From NCBI GenBank assembly GCA_051313645.2, contig JBNRSN020000002.1:525202001-525266000 (forward strand): a stretch of 64,000 nt of DNA. The letters are read 5' to 3'. The notes beneath the pieces are model-generated. The model saw only the letters and a program-made list of their open reading frames with translations. It was not told the DNA's origin and did not search any database. Numbering within the stretch: position 1 is the stretch's first letter; each line of letters starts with the position of its first letter. The stretch comes from Centroscyllium fabricii (lineage: Eukaryota). Shown here piece by piece: positions 27,371 through 39,950 of the stretch. The position numbers and the translations under genes were made by a program.

Positions 27371-29051
27371 ACGTAACACCAACCCGGCCGGGCTTGCTTC
27401 ACTGAAACGCAAACATTTTTAAAAAAAACAAATAGATTTAAAATTGGGACTTTTGTTACCCTAAGAAAAGATATGAATTGAGCAAAAAAGTTTGGCGTTT
27501 TAGAGATATTGCCCTGCACAACTCGGGAGGGCTAAAGAAATTGAATTTATTGCCCCATTATTAAATGGAAATTAAAAGTAAGATCTGTTGGAAAGCGGCG
27601 ATGGAATTGCAATGTAAACATAAATAATTATGGGTGTTTAAAACTCAGATTGTGTACACGGGTTGCACTATTCTGTATCTCCTACAATATCTGCAATATA
27701 TCTGTGTCTGTTTCAATAATGTTGGGGTTTAATGCAGTAAGTGGCACCTGTGTTAATGAACACACACACACACTCAGGGTGTGTTTGAATGAACAGTGCA
27801 CCCGATCCTTTCTCTGTTTTTAGCTGCCTTTCCTGATGTGCGGGACCCACCAGGGGCAGTTGGTGTAAAGTGAAGTTTGGGATTTGCAGGGATCCCCACC
27901 CCGAGTGCCCTCTCCCCCTCTCTCCCTCTCTCTCCCTCCCTCTCTCTCTCTCGGGGAGGACAGCCGCAGCAGGCAAAAGGCAATAGAAAGCCTTGCAGTA
28001 TCGATCGAGGCAGAGTCCACCGTCGCACCCATTCACAAAACTTCGACATTCACAACTAGGCGCTCGCTCACTGGAAGGAGATGTTTTTTTTAAATATAAT
28101 TGTTCTTTCGTTCCTGGGCCTTTTCTTATTGTGTTTTGTTGTTGAAAAAAAATCAATGGAATCGCGCAGACTAAATCACAATTACCCAAATGACAAATAA
28201 ATAAAGGTGATGCTTCTAATACTGATCCTCGGGGCTGCAGACTTGGCGACACTGCAGATTGCATATTCATAACGGATGTAGAACGGAGCCAGATGGACAA
28301 TCAATTTAATTGCACACTCGACACGATCGGAGATTGATTTTTTACTTGATTTTTTTAATTTTGTCATAATTAATTAGATCATTACAGCCGTTCTGTATTG
28401 GTCTCCTAATTTGACTTTAAACAGGCCGTCCAATGCCTTGGCGTTTGTCAAATCCCTACCACGAAAAATAGTTCACTATCTTCATTTCCCCTCCCAATTC
28501 TTCTGAAAGCCCCGATTCTGGGGCTTGGCTGTCAGGGGCCCGGCAGCGACTCCTGGGCGATCAGTTCTATTCCTGGCCACCTTTTAAACTAAAGTTCACA
28601 GGGACATGGGAGGGGAGGAATCCGGACAGTGAGCTGGGCTTCCCTGCTCAATAAATAAGTCGAATAGAAGGACAATCAAGCGGCCGGTTAAAAGTGAAAA
28701 CAATATCACAAAAGTCCATTTAGAAAATGAAACGATCACAGAACTCCAGAGAATGTTAAATCAACGCATTCATAATAGATTTGAGTGTAAACAAGCCGAT
28801 ATCCATGAATGACAGACCGAAATAATTAAAGTGATGCACTTAAAAGTGGTGATTTAAGAACAGACATCACAAGTTGGGTATGTGAAGGCTAAAACACCCG
28901 AGGCACGGCAAATGACAATGAGAATAATATGCAAAATCTAAACTAACTGACCAGTGCAGGCAGAACTTTATTAAAACGTGAAATAGAACCGCGATAAAAA
29001 TCAGGGTCAGTACAAGGAAAATAAATCAGTTATACTGTACCCGCCACTCAC

Positions 29052-30330
29052 CCTTAATAGGGACAGTATAACACGCTCTGCAAAGGACCAGACGCAGAAC
29101 TGTTAAGTCCTTTGAAGTGACGAAAACAGGTACAATTTTATAATTAGACACGGGAGCCGGGCTAGGTAACACCAGCTGAGCGCCCGGCACTTGGGCCTTG
29201 GCTGGGGCTGGGGCTGGGGCTCGGCTGGGGGCGCTGGGCAGGGGCTGGGGCTGGGGCTCGGCTGGGGCAGGGGCTGGGGCTGGGGCTGGGGGCGCTGGGC
29301 TGGGGCTGGGGCTGGGGCAGGGACTGGGACCTGGCCGCTCGCCTTCCGTCTGTTGTGCTGGTAAAATTCTGCCTGCCGACAGCGCCGGTCCCCGGCTACC
29401 CCGTAACGGCAGCTCCAACTCTCAAACTCCTTGCAACAATACACAGAAGAGAGGGAAAAAATCAACCCTCCCCAGCTTATCACAGACTGAAAGAGAAAGA
29501 GAGAGAGAGAGCGAGAGAACACAGAAGCAATCACACCTCTTTGGCCCAGTTCAAATAAACAGTTTGACAGGATGGGCGAGCCTACCTGATCGCCTTGTTC
29601 TCTGAGCCATGCAGAGCTTTGCTTAATGGCCAGTAAATCTTACCGGGCTCCTGAACTTTCTCGCCGGCTTGTGATGTGCCTCTTGCCCCCCGCTGCTGCT
29701 GCTGCTGTGGTTCTATTCCCCTTCTCCCCCCTATTAGTAGGGTAGTGATATCACCCCCTCCCACCCACCCTTTTCTGGTCTTTTCTGGGGTTTAAAAAAA
29801 ATCCATTGGCCCTACCTACAGCTAAGTGAAACTAAACGGTTTAGGTAAACGTCCCAAAGCTCGACTGAGCTGTGAACAGATAACAGGGGAAATTAGAAAC
29901 AGGGAATAAAGTGCAGCGATTCACTCGTGGAATATTAGTAGAAGGAACTGAACCCACCGCTCCTTAACTGTAAGGTAAGAGCGATTAGGGAGCTGGATCT
30001 CAAAAAAAATCCTATTTCCACTCGGCCTCTGACTCAGTTAACAAAAGGCAAGGTAAGAGGTGATTAGACAATGATTATCCCGCTCTCTCCCGGTTACAAT
30101 GAGATTCTGAGATTTGCACTTTGGAAGTCGGCTGGTGGTCAGCCTGTTTAACAACTTTCTGAGAGTTAAGGACGGTGGGCGGGCGGGCTGGGGGGCAGAA
30201 GCCCACAAACTTCAGTCTACTCACAGAGTGGAAGAGTCGACACAGCCCAGTTACTTTGATGAGACAGAGACGCTGATTGGCTGCCGCCTGAAGTCACCCT
30301 GCATTTAAAGGGGAGGGCGGTTTACAGCAA
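29052..30330 (-). promoter_or_regulatory. Candidate distal Pax2 promoter and upstream first exon
   Basis: Consensus donor AAGG|GTGAGT (exon end 29052) and GC-rich sequence. CCAAT (GCAGCCAATCAG, ~30275), GC boxes (~30180, ~30316) and a TCF/LEF core (CTTTGAT, ~30254) lie upstream. Inference only. Confidence 0.4.
29199..29330 (+). repeat. (GGGGCT)n G-rich hexamer repeat
   Basis: Tandem GGGGCT/GGGGCA units; reads as Pro-Ala/Pro-Ser/Pro-Gln on the minus strand. Confidence 0.9.
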
Positions 30331-30642
30331 CTTACCGCCACACACCTTTAAAATACCGTCACACACATGCACCCACCCGGAGCACCGTTTCCCAGAGCTG
30401 ACAGTCCAAATCCCAAATCATTAAACCAATAACAAATGTATTCATAAGCGGAAACCATTAAAACATGTTTATTCCAATAGTGTTACAAATAGAAAAGGAT
30501 TGATTTCCGGTGGGGGGTGGGGCATGAAATGAAATGACGTGATTGCTTTATGTCAATTGCTGAAGTTTGAATAACCGAATCCCGCCATTCAGTGTTCTTG
30601 TTCTTAAAGTTAATTCTGGGAACATTAAGTGTTGCGAGATCT

Positions 30643-31430
30643 AGGGTTAGTGTTAGAGTTAAGATTGGGGTTAGAGTTAGTGCTGGAGTTGGGGTTAGGC
30701 TTGGTGTTAGGGTTGGTATTGGAGTTAAGGTAATTTGCGATTGGAGTTAAGGTTGGAGTTAGGATTAGGCTGGAGTTTGGGTTGAGCTGGAGTTAGGGTT
30801 AGGGTTAGGTTGAGTTAGTGTTGGGCTGGTGTTAGGGTTGGGCTGGAGTTATGGTTGAGTTGGAGTTAGGGTTGGGCTGGAGTTAGTGTTGGGCTGGGGT
30901 TAGGGTTAGGTTTAGTTAGTGTTGGGCTGGTGTTAGGGTTGGACTGGATTTAGGATTGGGCTGGAGTTAGGGTTGGGCTGGATTTAGGGTTGGGCTGGAG
31001 TTTGGCCTGAGTTGGAGTTAGGGTTGGGCTGGAGTTAGGGTTGGGCTGGATTTATGGTTGGGCTGGAGTTACGATTGGGCTGGAGTTTGGACTGGGCTGG
31101 AGTTATGGTTAGGTTGGAGTTTGGGTTGGGCTGGAGTTTGGGTTGAGTTGGAGTTAGGGTTGGGCTGGAGTTACTATTGGGCTGGAGTTAGGGTTGGGCT
31201 GGAGTTAGGGTTGGGCTGGAGTTAGGGTTAGGGTTAGGTTTGCAGTTGGGGTTGGTGTTAAGGTTGGAGTCCGGGTTGGGTTTGGGATTGGTGTTGGGGT
31301 TGGAGTGTTGGTTGGAGTTCGTTTTGGTTTAGGTTAGGGTTGGTGGTAAAGTTCGGTTGAAGCCCGGCTTGGTGTTGGATTTAGTGTTGGTTTGAGTGTT
31401 CCAGTAGGAGTTAGAGTTGCAGTTAGGGTT
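30643..31430 (+). repeat. Telomere-like G-rich minisatellite (17-bp unit GGAGTTAGGGTTGGGCT, with short TTAGGG runs)
   Basis: Many tandem near-copies of the 17-mer across about 30830-31230; TTAGGGTTAGGGTTAGG at ~30795 and ~31223; degenerate flanks. Confidence 0.9.
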
Positions 31431-34400
31431 GTACCCAGGGTGGGATGCTCCACAGCATGGGTATGCAGGTGGAATCGCCAGACTGTCCGTCCTTTAATAA
31501 ATTAACTTTCTTGCATGTTTAAGCGGGTTGGTCGCAGATGCTCATCCAGCCGAGGCACCGTCACTTCTGTTACCACCACTCTGATCATTAATCCCTGTCC
31601 TTCCTGACAATATTTGCCGATATATAAATGGAATCGCTTTCATTCCGTGCTCTTACTGAACGGATTCGCGCGTCAGTGTTTAAAGTGAAAACGAATTTCA
31701 GCTGGCGAAGGGTTAAGGTCCAGAACCGACCCTCCCTTTCTGGACAAAGTTATCGACACAAGTCAAATACCCGACAGGGAGTCAAAAAACGAATCGCGGT
31801 TAAAAAAATGCAACATAAAAAACCCCGAAGAAATAAGATTAGAGCGGGGTGTGAAAGAAAGGCGTGAAATGCAAAAAGGGAAATGTAAACTAGTAATAAT
31901 TCTAAATGGTTTCGGAAAGGGCAGTCATTATTTTTTAACAGTAATGTCCAATTCCCCAAGTAAAGATAGACCGAAAGTGTCTGGTGTTTGATCCGTTCAA
32001 TCTAAAATGACAGAGCAAGTCCAGGCGCAGTTTATATTCCATTTTCTCGTTTTAGCACAGCCGGTTTATGCTCAGCCGGTACAGTTACTTGCGGTGTGCA
32101 TATTATGGATGGATGTCCTCTCGAACAGAAAGGCTGTGGAAGCTGGGAACGGAATGACCGCCTGGAGCTGGGAGAGCGGAGAGCGACTTCAGCCTGTCTC
32201 CTGAAGCGAAGGAGCGGGCAGATATCCGGGGTCACCGCGCAGGCCCGGCCCACACCCTGCCCCATCTGAACTAGCCATGCACCTGTGAGAAATTAGATTT
32301 TATTCATAAATCTATTCCACATAATAGAATGTAAACTGCAGGTCTAGGAAGTGTCATGGAACACTGATGAAAACTATTCCTATTAAGATAAGTTTCCTTT
32401 TATTTTAGAAAACAGCGAGGACTGACTCGGGTTCCTTTTCTTCCTGTGTGAGAACTTCCCTTTATTTCAGTCTCTGATTAGAACAATTACCCGTGGACCC
32501 CATTGGTTGGCGTATTTACTGTTTGACGACCAGGCCTATGATATATACAAATTATAAGTGTACAAAAACAGTAACAAGATGAGAAAACAAAAATCGTTAG
32601 TATTATCATTATAAATATTAACTTTTTTGAAAGTTGTTCAAACTGTCTTCCTAACTTCACCCATTAAGTCTAAATTACGGGCTTTTAAAATAAGTTACAG
32701 ACCCCCCCCCCCCCCCCCACCTCCCCGTTTATACATCCGAACGAAACGGACGGAGTGACTATTTCTGATAACAGAGAGTTCAGGCGAGCGGTCTGCAGCG
32801 AGCGGAGCTCCCAAGGAAAGGCGGACATTACATTGGAATGACTGCATTTCTAATATAGCATTGGAGAATCACACAGGCACATCCAGACACACATCCAATA
32901 AATAAGTATATATGGATGCATATCTATAGATGGACAAATCTAACTTGCTGTCTCATTTTGATTTAATAAACCTTAGCAGACAGCAGCTGGTGATAAACTT
33001 ATTTTGTGGAAAATTTATGAAACGTAACATGAAATAAGCATTGTAAAAGAAGCAAAATGTGTAATTAATATGTTTGATTATGCATCCTCTATGATCTAAA
33101 TATTATTATATCTATCTATCATCTATCTATCTCTCTCTTCATCTCTCTCTCGANNNNNNNNNNNNNNNNNNNNNNNNNNNNNNNNNNNNNNNNNNNNNNN
33201 NNNNNNNNNNNNNNNNNNNNNNNNNNNNNNNNNNNNNNNNNNNNNNNNNNNNNNNNNNNNNNNNNNNNNNNNNNNNNNNNNNNNNNNNNNNNNNNNNNNN
33301 NNNNNNNNNNNNNNNNNNNNNNNNNNNNNNNNNNNNNNNNNNNNNNNNNNNNNNNNNNNNNNNNNNNNNNNNNNNNNNNNNNNNNNNNNNNNNNNNNNNN
33401 NNNNNNNNNNNNNNNNNNNNNNNNNNNNNNNNNNNNNNNNNNNNNNNNNNNNNNNNNNNNNNNNNNNNNNNNNNNNNNNNNNNNNNNNNNNNNNNNNNNN
33501 NNNNNNNNNNNNNNNNNNNNNNNNNNNNNNNNNNNNNNNNNNNNNNNNNNNNNNNNNNNNNNNNNNNNNNNNNNNNNNNNNNNNNNNNNNNNNNNNNNNN
33601 NNNNNNNNNNNNNNNNNNNNNNNNNNNNNNNNNNNNNNNNNNNNNNNNNNNNNNNNNNNNNNNNNNNNNNNNNNNNNNNNNNNNNNNNNNNNNNNNNNNN
33701 NNNNNNNNNNNNNNNNNNNNNNNNNNNNNNNNNNNNNNNNNNNNNNNNNNNNNNNNNNNNNNNNNNNNNNNNNNNNNNNNNNNNNNNNNNNNNNNNNNNN
33801 NNNNNNNNNNNNNNNNNNNNNNNNNNNNNNNNNNNNNNNNNNNNNNNNNNNNNNNNNNNNNNNNNNNNNNNNNNNNNNNNATCATGTATAGATTTCATGA
33901 GATGTCAATCTGGAAATGACTTTTCGCCTTCGCTTTAATGCTTTAGATGTGGACCGGTTGATGGAGGAACGTTGCAGCCCGCAGGTATCGGCAAATTATT
34001 AACGAAATATTTGCATCTGATCTGCAATTTAATCAAGGATTATTCTCACACGGTAAACCTGATTTCAGAAACATTTTCAACCTGATAGATTCAATCCAAC
34101 TGCGCAGAGTTTTAGGCGTCAGCAATGAAAAGTACAAGTAACCTTTCTTGCCGAGATAGCCGGCATAGAAACAATTATGAATATACCGGAAACGGCGATA
34201 CATCATGTTGTTTGACCGGCATTAAATACTCCGTACATTAGATGTTCAAAAACATACAGCCATATCGTTTCTTTAAATATTTGTATTATCTATAAAATAA
34301 TTTATACAAAGACTAGTTTACTGAAATCAAACATATTAATGTTTTCCCCGCGTTACTTTTACTGTTTGACAACTTTTATCACAAGTTCTCTCTATGTAAA

Positions 34401-36514
34401 TGTTTTATCTACTTGATCCAGTATATGAATTATTTAATATCTTCCTGTAAAATCATGCAAAGCATTATTATATCTAAAGTGATGCTGAAGATTGCTAGAC
34501 GTTATTCGGGTCTTTGCCCAGAAGGGGCAGTAGAATAAAGTGCAGCGAGTCGAGGTGCCAGGCTTGAAGTTACTGTGTAATGTTTGTCTGCTTCTGTCGC
34601 AGGTCCCTCTGTACAGCAGATTTGACTCAAACGGTGTGGCAGGGACAGCGCAGTCCCGATAGAGTGACCAGCACACAGCAGGAGAGACGCTCAGGCCCCG
34701 TCTCCATGACACCGCAACCGACTCCCAAATAACTGCGGACTTTGAAACACAACTTTTGAGAAAGTGACGCTCTGCTCGAGTTTCTAGCTCATTAACTCGC
34801 GCTTGCATTGCACCAGGCTAACTTAGTTCTACACGGCTGCACCTGGCCCCTTACAACGTGGCACTGCAGGCCAGCGAGTTCCAAGAAAACAAATACACAG
34901 ATTCTCAGACTAGGGGCACCTCCCTTGGTCAGCAAGGGAGGACCTGAAGGAGAGGCGTCAATCAACCGAGGGAGAGATCCTGCCCAACACACTTGCGTGT
35001 GGACACTGGCAGGGTTCACTCCGGCTCATTCCCCATCTCTTCATCGTACGGCTTCCCAATTGGCGATTTGCCACCAGTTATTCTTCCCCTAGTTGCCCTC
35101 AGCCTTTCACTGTGGGTATCCTCACAGCGTACAGCATTCCAATTTAGTAAAGAGTTACTGATTTAAGTTTACTGACACGGGGAGAGAATCCAATCTCGAT
35201 GCGGCCCCTCCGTTCTCCTGTGAGTGCTCGCCAGTCATACGGGTGGTTAGTTGAGATTTGCAAGCGTACACTTCGGGATAGTTTTCGGGGAAGACATAAA
35301 ACCTACCAAAAGTCAGTACTACCGCCATTTCATGAGTCATTTTCATGAGCGTTTCGAGGAAGCAGTCACACCGCGAGCACGGGAGATTTCGGTGCTCCAG
35401 CAACACCGGCTTTCAGCCAAACTCAGGGAGCTGACCAGAAAGGGAAGGTCTTGTAATAAAAAAAAGATTGTTTAAATTCGCGAGAAGGAAATGAATTGGA
35501 CGCGCGGTGCTTTTTATTCGTTTAAAACAAGTCAGTCATAAAAACAGGGAGTTCGTAATCAATATTGAACAGTTTAAAAAGATCCCAAATAATGTGACAA
35601 TTAGTTACACAGCACACGTATGTCCTCATTCATTTAATATGTAGATATATGGGCAAAAACAGCCGTGCCCTGCAGTAATTGATGGCAAGGTCCTTTCCAA
35701 TTTTGATTTCCTAAGAGTTCTGTTAAGGAGGGATTGGCAGCGTTAACGATGTGTTCATTGTACAGAGAATGATCGTCCAGCCGGTCATTACCAGTTCTGT
35801 ATCATATTACGGAATGTATATCATATGATATCCCATAGTCACTGAGATAGGACGTTCCTAAGGCTGGTGTGTTAGAGTTCATGTACAAACTATATCGCTT
35901 GTCTTGTGTAAAAAGAAACTCGTTTATTTCCAGTATTTTGTCTTCCATTTCGCTTGTTTCAACCTCCGGATAGAATGGTCCAGCACCGATCGATTGGTGA
36001 ATGAGCTGAACACACCTTGCGTGGTTTCACACTGCTCAGAGACAGAGGACATCACAGAGACACATTTCATAGCCAATCTATTAGAAGATGATTTACATTG
36101 TGGGGCAGCCCAGCTGGACTTGGTTAAGTGAATGGAACCCACAGGAAGAGTGTGACTGTTTACATTAACAAGGACACATCGCAAACTATATAAAACACGG
36201 AGCATTACTGAACGCAGGGGGCAACCGATTGAATTGTGCCCATTAAAACCATCGCTGCTTTTGTACTAACTCATTTGCTAACGTCCTAAAATGTACATGT
36301 GTTAGGTATTATTCGTATTACACATTATTGCCCCAACACAATGCGGGAGAGGCTGAGAGTTGTGACTGACATTTAGATACTGTTCGCTGTTAGGTCCCCG
36401 TCTAGTTTCGAGAGGGTAGTTGCATTCAGTTTTAATGTGGAGGTGCCGGTGTTGGACTGGGCTGGACAAATGTCAGAAGTCAGAACACCAGGTTAGAGTC
36501 AGTTTTATTAGGAA

Positions 36515-36551
36515 TCACAAGCTTTCGGAGCGCCGCTCCTTCCTCAGGTGA
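36515..36551 (-). ncRNA. Minimal type I hammerhead ribozyme motif (mirror copy)
   Basis: Minus strand TCAC-CTGAGGA-A-GGAGC GGC GCTCC-GAAA-GC-TT-GTGA. Confidence 0.7.
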
Positions 36552-36647
36552 AGTGGAGAGATTCACAGAGGCACAGGACATATAGTCCTAAAGTGCTAGC
36601 ATTGTCCTCTGACTATATATGCTGTGCCTATATGCAATCTCTTCACT

Positions 36648-36684
36648 TCACCTGAGGAAGGAGCAGCGCTCCGAAAGCTTGTGA
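36648..36684 (+). ncRNA. Minimal type I hammerhead ribozyme motif
   Basis: TCAC-CTGAGGA-A-GGAGC AGC GCTCC-GAAA-GC-TT-GTGA: stem I TCAC/GTGA, stem II GGAGC/GCTCC, palindrome AAGCTT. Confidence 0.72.
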
Positions 36685-38832
36685 TTTCAAATCAAACTGT
36701 TGGACTCTAACCTGGTGTTGGGTGACTTCTGACAGGCACCGAGACTGATCTGCACAGTGCCTGAACCGGCAGATCTCAACACGTGAACTCGTTTAACGGA
36801 ATCGGGAAAATTAAATGATTTTATTGCCCCAGTGACATCAAGAAATAGAAAACAGCTATTTTGTCCTCACTCTATTGCAGGGTGATAACACTTCACACAG
36901 TTACATGTCAGCGTTCCACTTATTTTAAGGCTTGTATACTGAGAGAGAGAAATTAAAATCATGACAAGTCCCCCTCCCCTTCTAACGGCTGCAATATTAT
37001 TTTCAGAAGAGCCAGCAAAGTTTCAGTCACAGGAATCCTCTGATCCTTCACGGGCTCCCGCCATTTCAGCGACCTATCATTTTGCTTCCGAGTTTCGCTG
37101 GCACTTTCGAACCTCTTCCAGTCTGCTGCAATACGAACGGGTTCAACGCATTCTGTACTACAGATATTGTTTGCACAACGAACTTACTTGTACTCCAAGC
37201 TTTTTAAAATATATAAATAATTCCCCCTTAAAAAAAAAATAACTCCCATCTCCCGTCTAGCCAGCTGTCCGGTTGCTGCCAGGGCGCTCATTATTTGATG
37301 GCAGAGTCACCACTTTGCCTTTCCCAAACCGAATCGTATATCAACTTTTCAGGACGAAGTGATTTCTATTAATTTACAAGTTTAGCAGCAAGTTAATGTG
37401 TTGATATTGAGGGGGTGGTTTGGAACCGGCCTGTCATAATCGTTTACACGTAAATGAGAATTGAAGTTTTCTCAGATTTAATTCAATAATCCTTGTGAGT
37501 GTGAGTGTGTGTGAGTGTGTGTATTGCACGGCGGATCTCCGATGATCGCTAATTATATTGTCCTGCCTAGGTCATTGATTTCATGTTACTGTACTGAAAT
37601 TCTGCCTGACATGAAATATTAGCAGCAAAGACGCCACTCAGCTATTTAAGCAAGCAACGCATTGTAGATTACTGCAGTTTTTTATGGTCCAGAACCGAAG
37701 ATGTCTCACGCATGTAGCCCGTGCTACAGCAGAAAACGGCTCAACGAAGCAGCTCGGCGCCTGTTCCATTGAAATGAATGTGCACAGCAGTAAAAAAGAC
37801 AAATGCAGATAAGTGCTGCTTACATCAAACCTGTATGAGTTTTACACCCAAAAGTAATAACAATATTAATTAAAACTTCTATTAGTAATGACTATTTGGG
37901 CACATTGATTCACGCACCCACAGTTATTATATACAGAATATATATTACGTGTAAAAAATATTTATACAGGAAAGATTACTATGTTTAGCACAAACAAACG
38001 AAAGCCAGTATAAATATATGCGATATGGAGGTTATATTCATCTGCTGTTTATATCTTTGCAGGTGTTTTTTTTTTAAACTTTGGTAAATCGGTTGGAATA
38101 ACAGTCTAGCCAATTACACCGATTTAACACTCATCTATCTACAAGGCATGTGCATTCATCACAATAGTCATAGTTCTAAAAACAAGAATCACTTCAAATT
38201 ATTTATAAATTTGCCTTATTAATCATAGTTTGCAAAGGCTGGCGTTAGATATTCATGAAATCTGTGTATCTTTGAAAACCCCATCAGTGATTTATATTCA
38301 ATGGAAACGGTGCAACATCTTATCAAATGGACAGAGTTTGCCAGGCCACTGACTGTTTGCAGTTTGAAGTGTGGCGGACTGCACGTTCGAAAATTCAGAG
38401 ATTGACGATTGGCAACAAGGTTTAACTTCAATCATTGCAACGGAGGGCCCAGTGACTGTCCGTTTACCGTGGGGGTCCCACACTGTGGAAAAAAATAGTC
38501 CAAAGCAGTCCCAAGCGTGGTGATGAAATATATGGCTGCAATAAGCTCTTTTTATGTTGAATTTCATTGCGTTCATGTTTTATTACTATGAAATTACTTA
38601 TGTTTTATAAGTTATTGGGACTGTTAATGTTCCTGCATATAGGTTTTACAGCCCCCTCTTTGAATTTTTGTATTCTTCCGCTTCGTTAACTTCAATGGGA
38701 GCGTCCCTTTTCTAATAGGATTGTGCTTCCAATAAGTGAAACTTTCAACATTGGCCTCTACAGCTTTAGAACGGCGAGTCTGTGTTTCCTGTGGACTTGT
38801 CACCGTTTACAGTCCGCACAGCCTTAAGTACA

Positions 38833-39210
38833 GACACAGAAACACAGAAGATAGGAGCAGGAGTAGGCCATTCGGCCCTTCGAGCCTGCTCCGCCATTTT
38901 GATGAGATCATGGCTGATCATCCAAACCCAGCACCCCCCTCCTACCCTCTCCCCATATCCCCTGACACCCCCCAACTCTAAGAACTATATCTCACACACA
39001 TACTCATGGGCAATTTTTTTTTAGTATCTCCAATTCACCTAACCTGCATGTCTTTGGGTGGTGGGAGGAAACCGGAGTACCCGGAGGAAACCCACATGAA
39101 CACGGGGAGAACATGCCAAATTCCACGCAGAGAGGTCCCGGGCCAAGCAGGATTCAAACCCAGGAGCTCCTTATTGCGAGGCAGCAGTGCTAACCACTGC
39201 GCCACCGTGT
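38833..39210 (-). mobile_element. tRNA-derived V-SINE (HE1-like) with CR1-type tail
   Basis: Minus-strand head CACGGTGGCGCAGTGGTTAGCACTGCTGCCTC...GGGTTTGAATCC, V-domain GGGTTTCCTCCGGGTACTCCGGTTTCCTCCCAC, tail GAATGGCCTACTCCTGCTCCTATCTTCT. Confidence 0.85.
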
Positions 39211-39565
39211 TGACCTGCGTGAAGCAGAGAAAGCTCCCAATTGGGGCCCATACCGCCCAGAGGAAAATCACTTGGCCCATCGCTCTCTCTCTCTCCGCCA
39301 GCCGTGTGATTGAACAGGTCGACTCTTTTCTCTGTATCATATATAATTTTTCACATACCTATCCAATTCCGCAAATAGTCTCTTGTGGTAAACTATTCCA
39401 CGTTCTCATCAACCTTTGGTCAAAAAAAACCCTCTAACTTGCCCAACCTCGTGATAATGCACAGTCTGATTCACTGATTCTGATTCTGTTACTGATTCAC
39501 CAAACAGTGAAACTCACTCCTGACCCTTTCAAAACCTTCCATAATTTTGAAATCCTGTCACATTT

Positions 39566-39950
39566 GCATAGAAACATAGAAGATAGGAGCAGGAGTAGGC
39601 CATTCAGCCCCTCGAGCCTGCTCTGCCATTCGATGAGATCATGGCTGATCATCCAAACTCAGTACCCTGTCCCTGCCTTCTCCCCATATCCCTTGATTCC
39701 ATTAGCCTTAAGAAATATATTGAACTCCTTCTTGAATATATTTACTAAATTGGCCTCCACCGCCCTTTGTGGCAGAGAATTCCACAGGTTCACCACTCTC
39801 TGGGTGAAGAAATTCCCGCTCATCTCTGTCCTAAATGGCTTACCTCTTATCCTTAGACTGTGAACCCCTGGTTCTGGACTCCCCGGCCATTGGGAACATC
39901 CTTCCTGCATCTAGTCTGTCCAGGCCTGACAGAATTTTATAGGTTTCGAT
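39566..39950 (-). mobile_element. CR1-clade LINE 3' end (tail shared with the V-SINEs)
   Basis: ORF 39659-39910 HSLRIRGKPFRTEMSGNFFTQRVVNLWNSLPQRAVEA; its 3' tail matches the SINE tails. Confidence 0.9.

Larger units (their letters stand above)
36436..36734. mobile_element. Fold-back element, family A, with one hammerhead motif per arm
   Basis: Starts TGTGGAGGTGCCGGTGTTGGACTGGG, like the copies at 17724 and 42241; long imperfect inverted arms centred near 36590. Confidence 0.85.

Noticed and set aside
30643-31430. True telomere or chromosome-fusion site
   Set aside because: The array is single-orientation and degenerate with a 17-bp period, and there is no head-to-head TTAGGG/CCCTAA junction.
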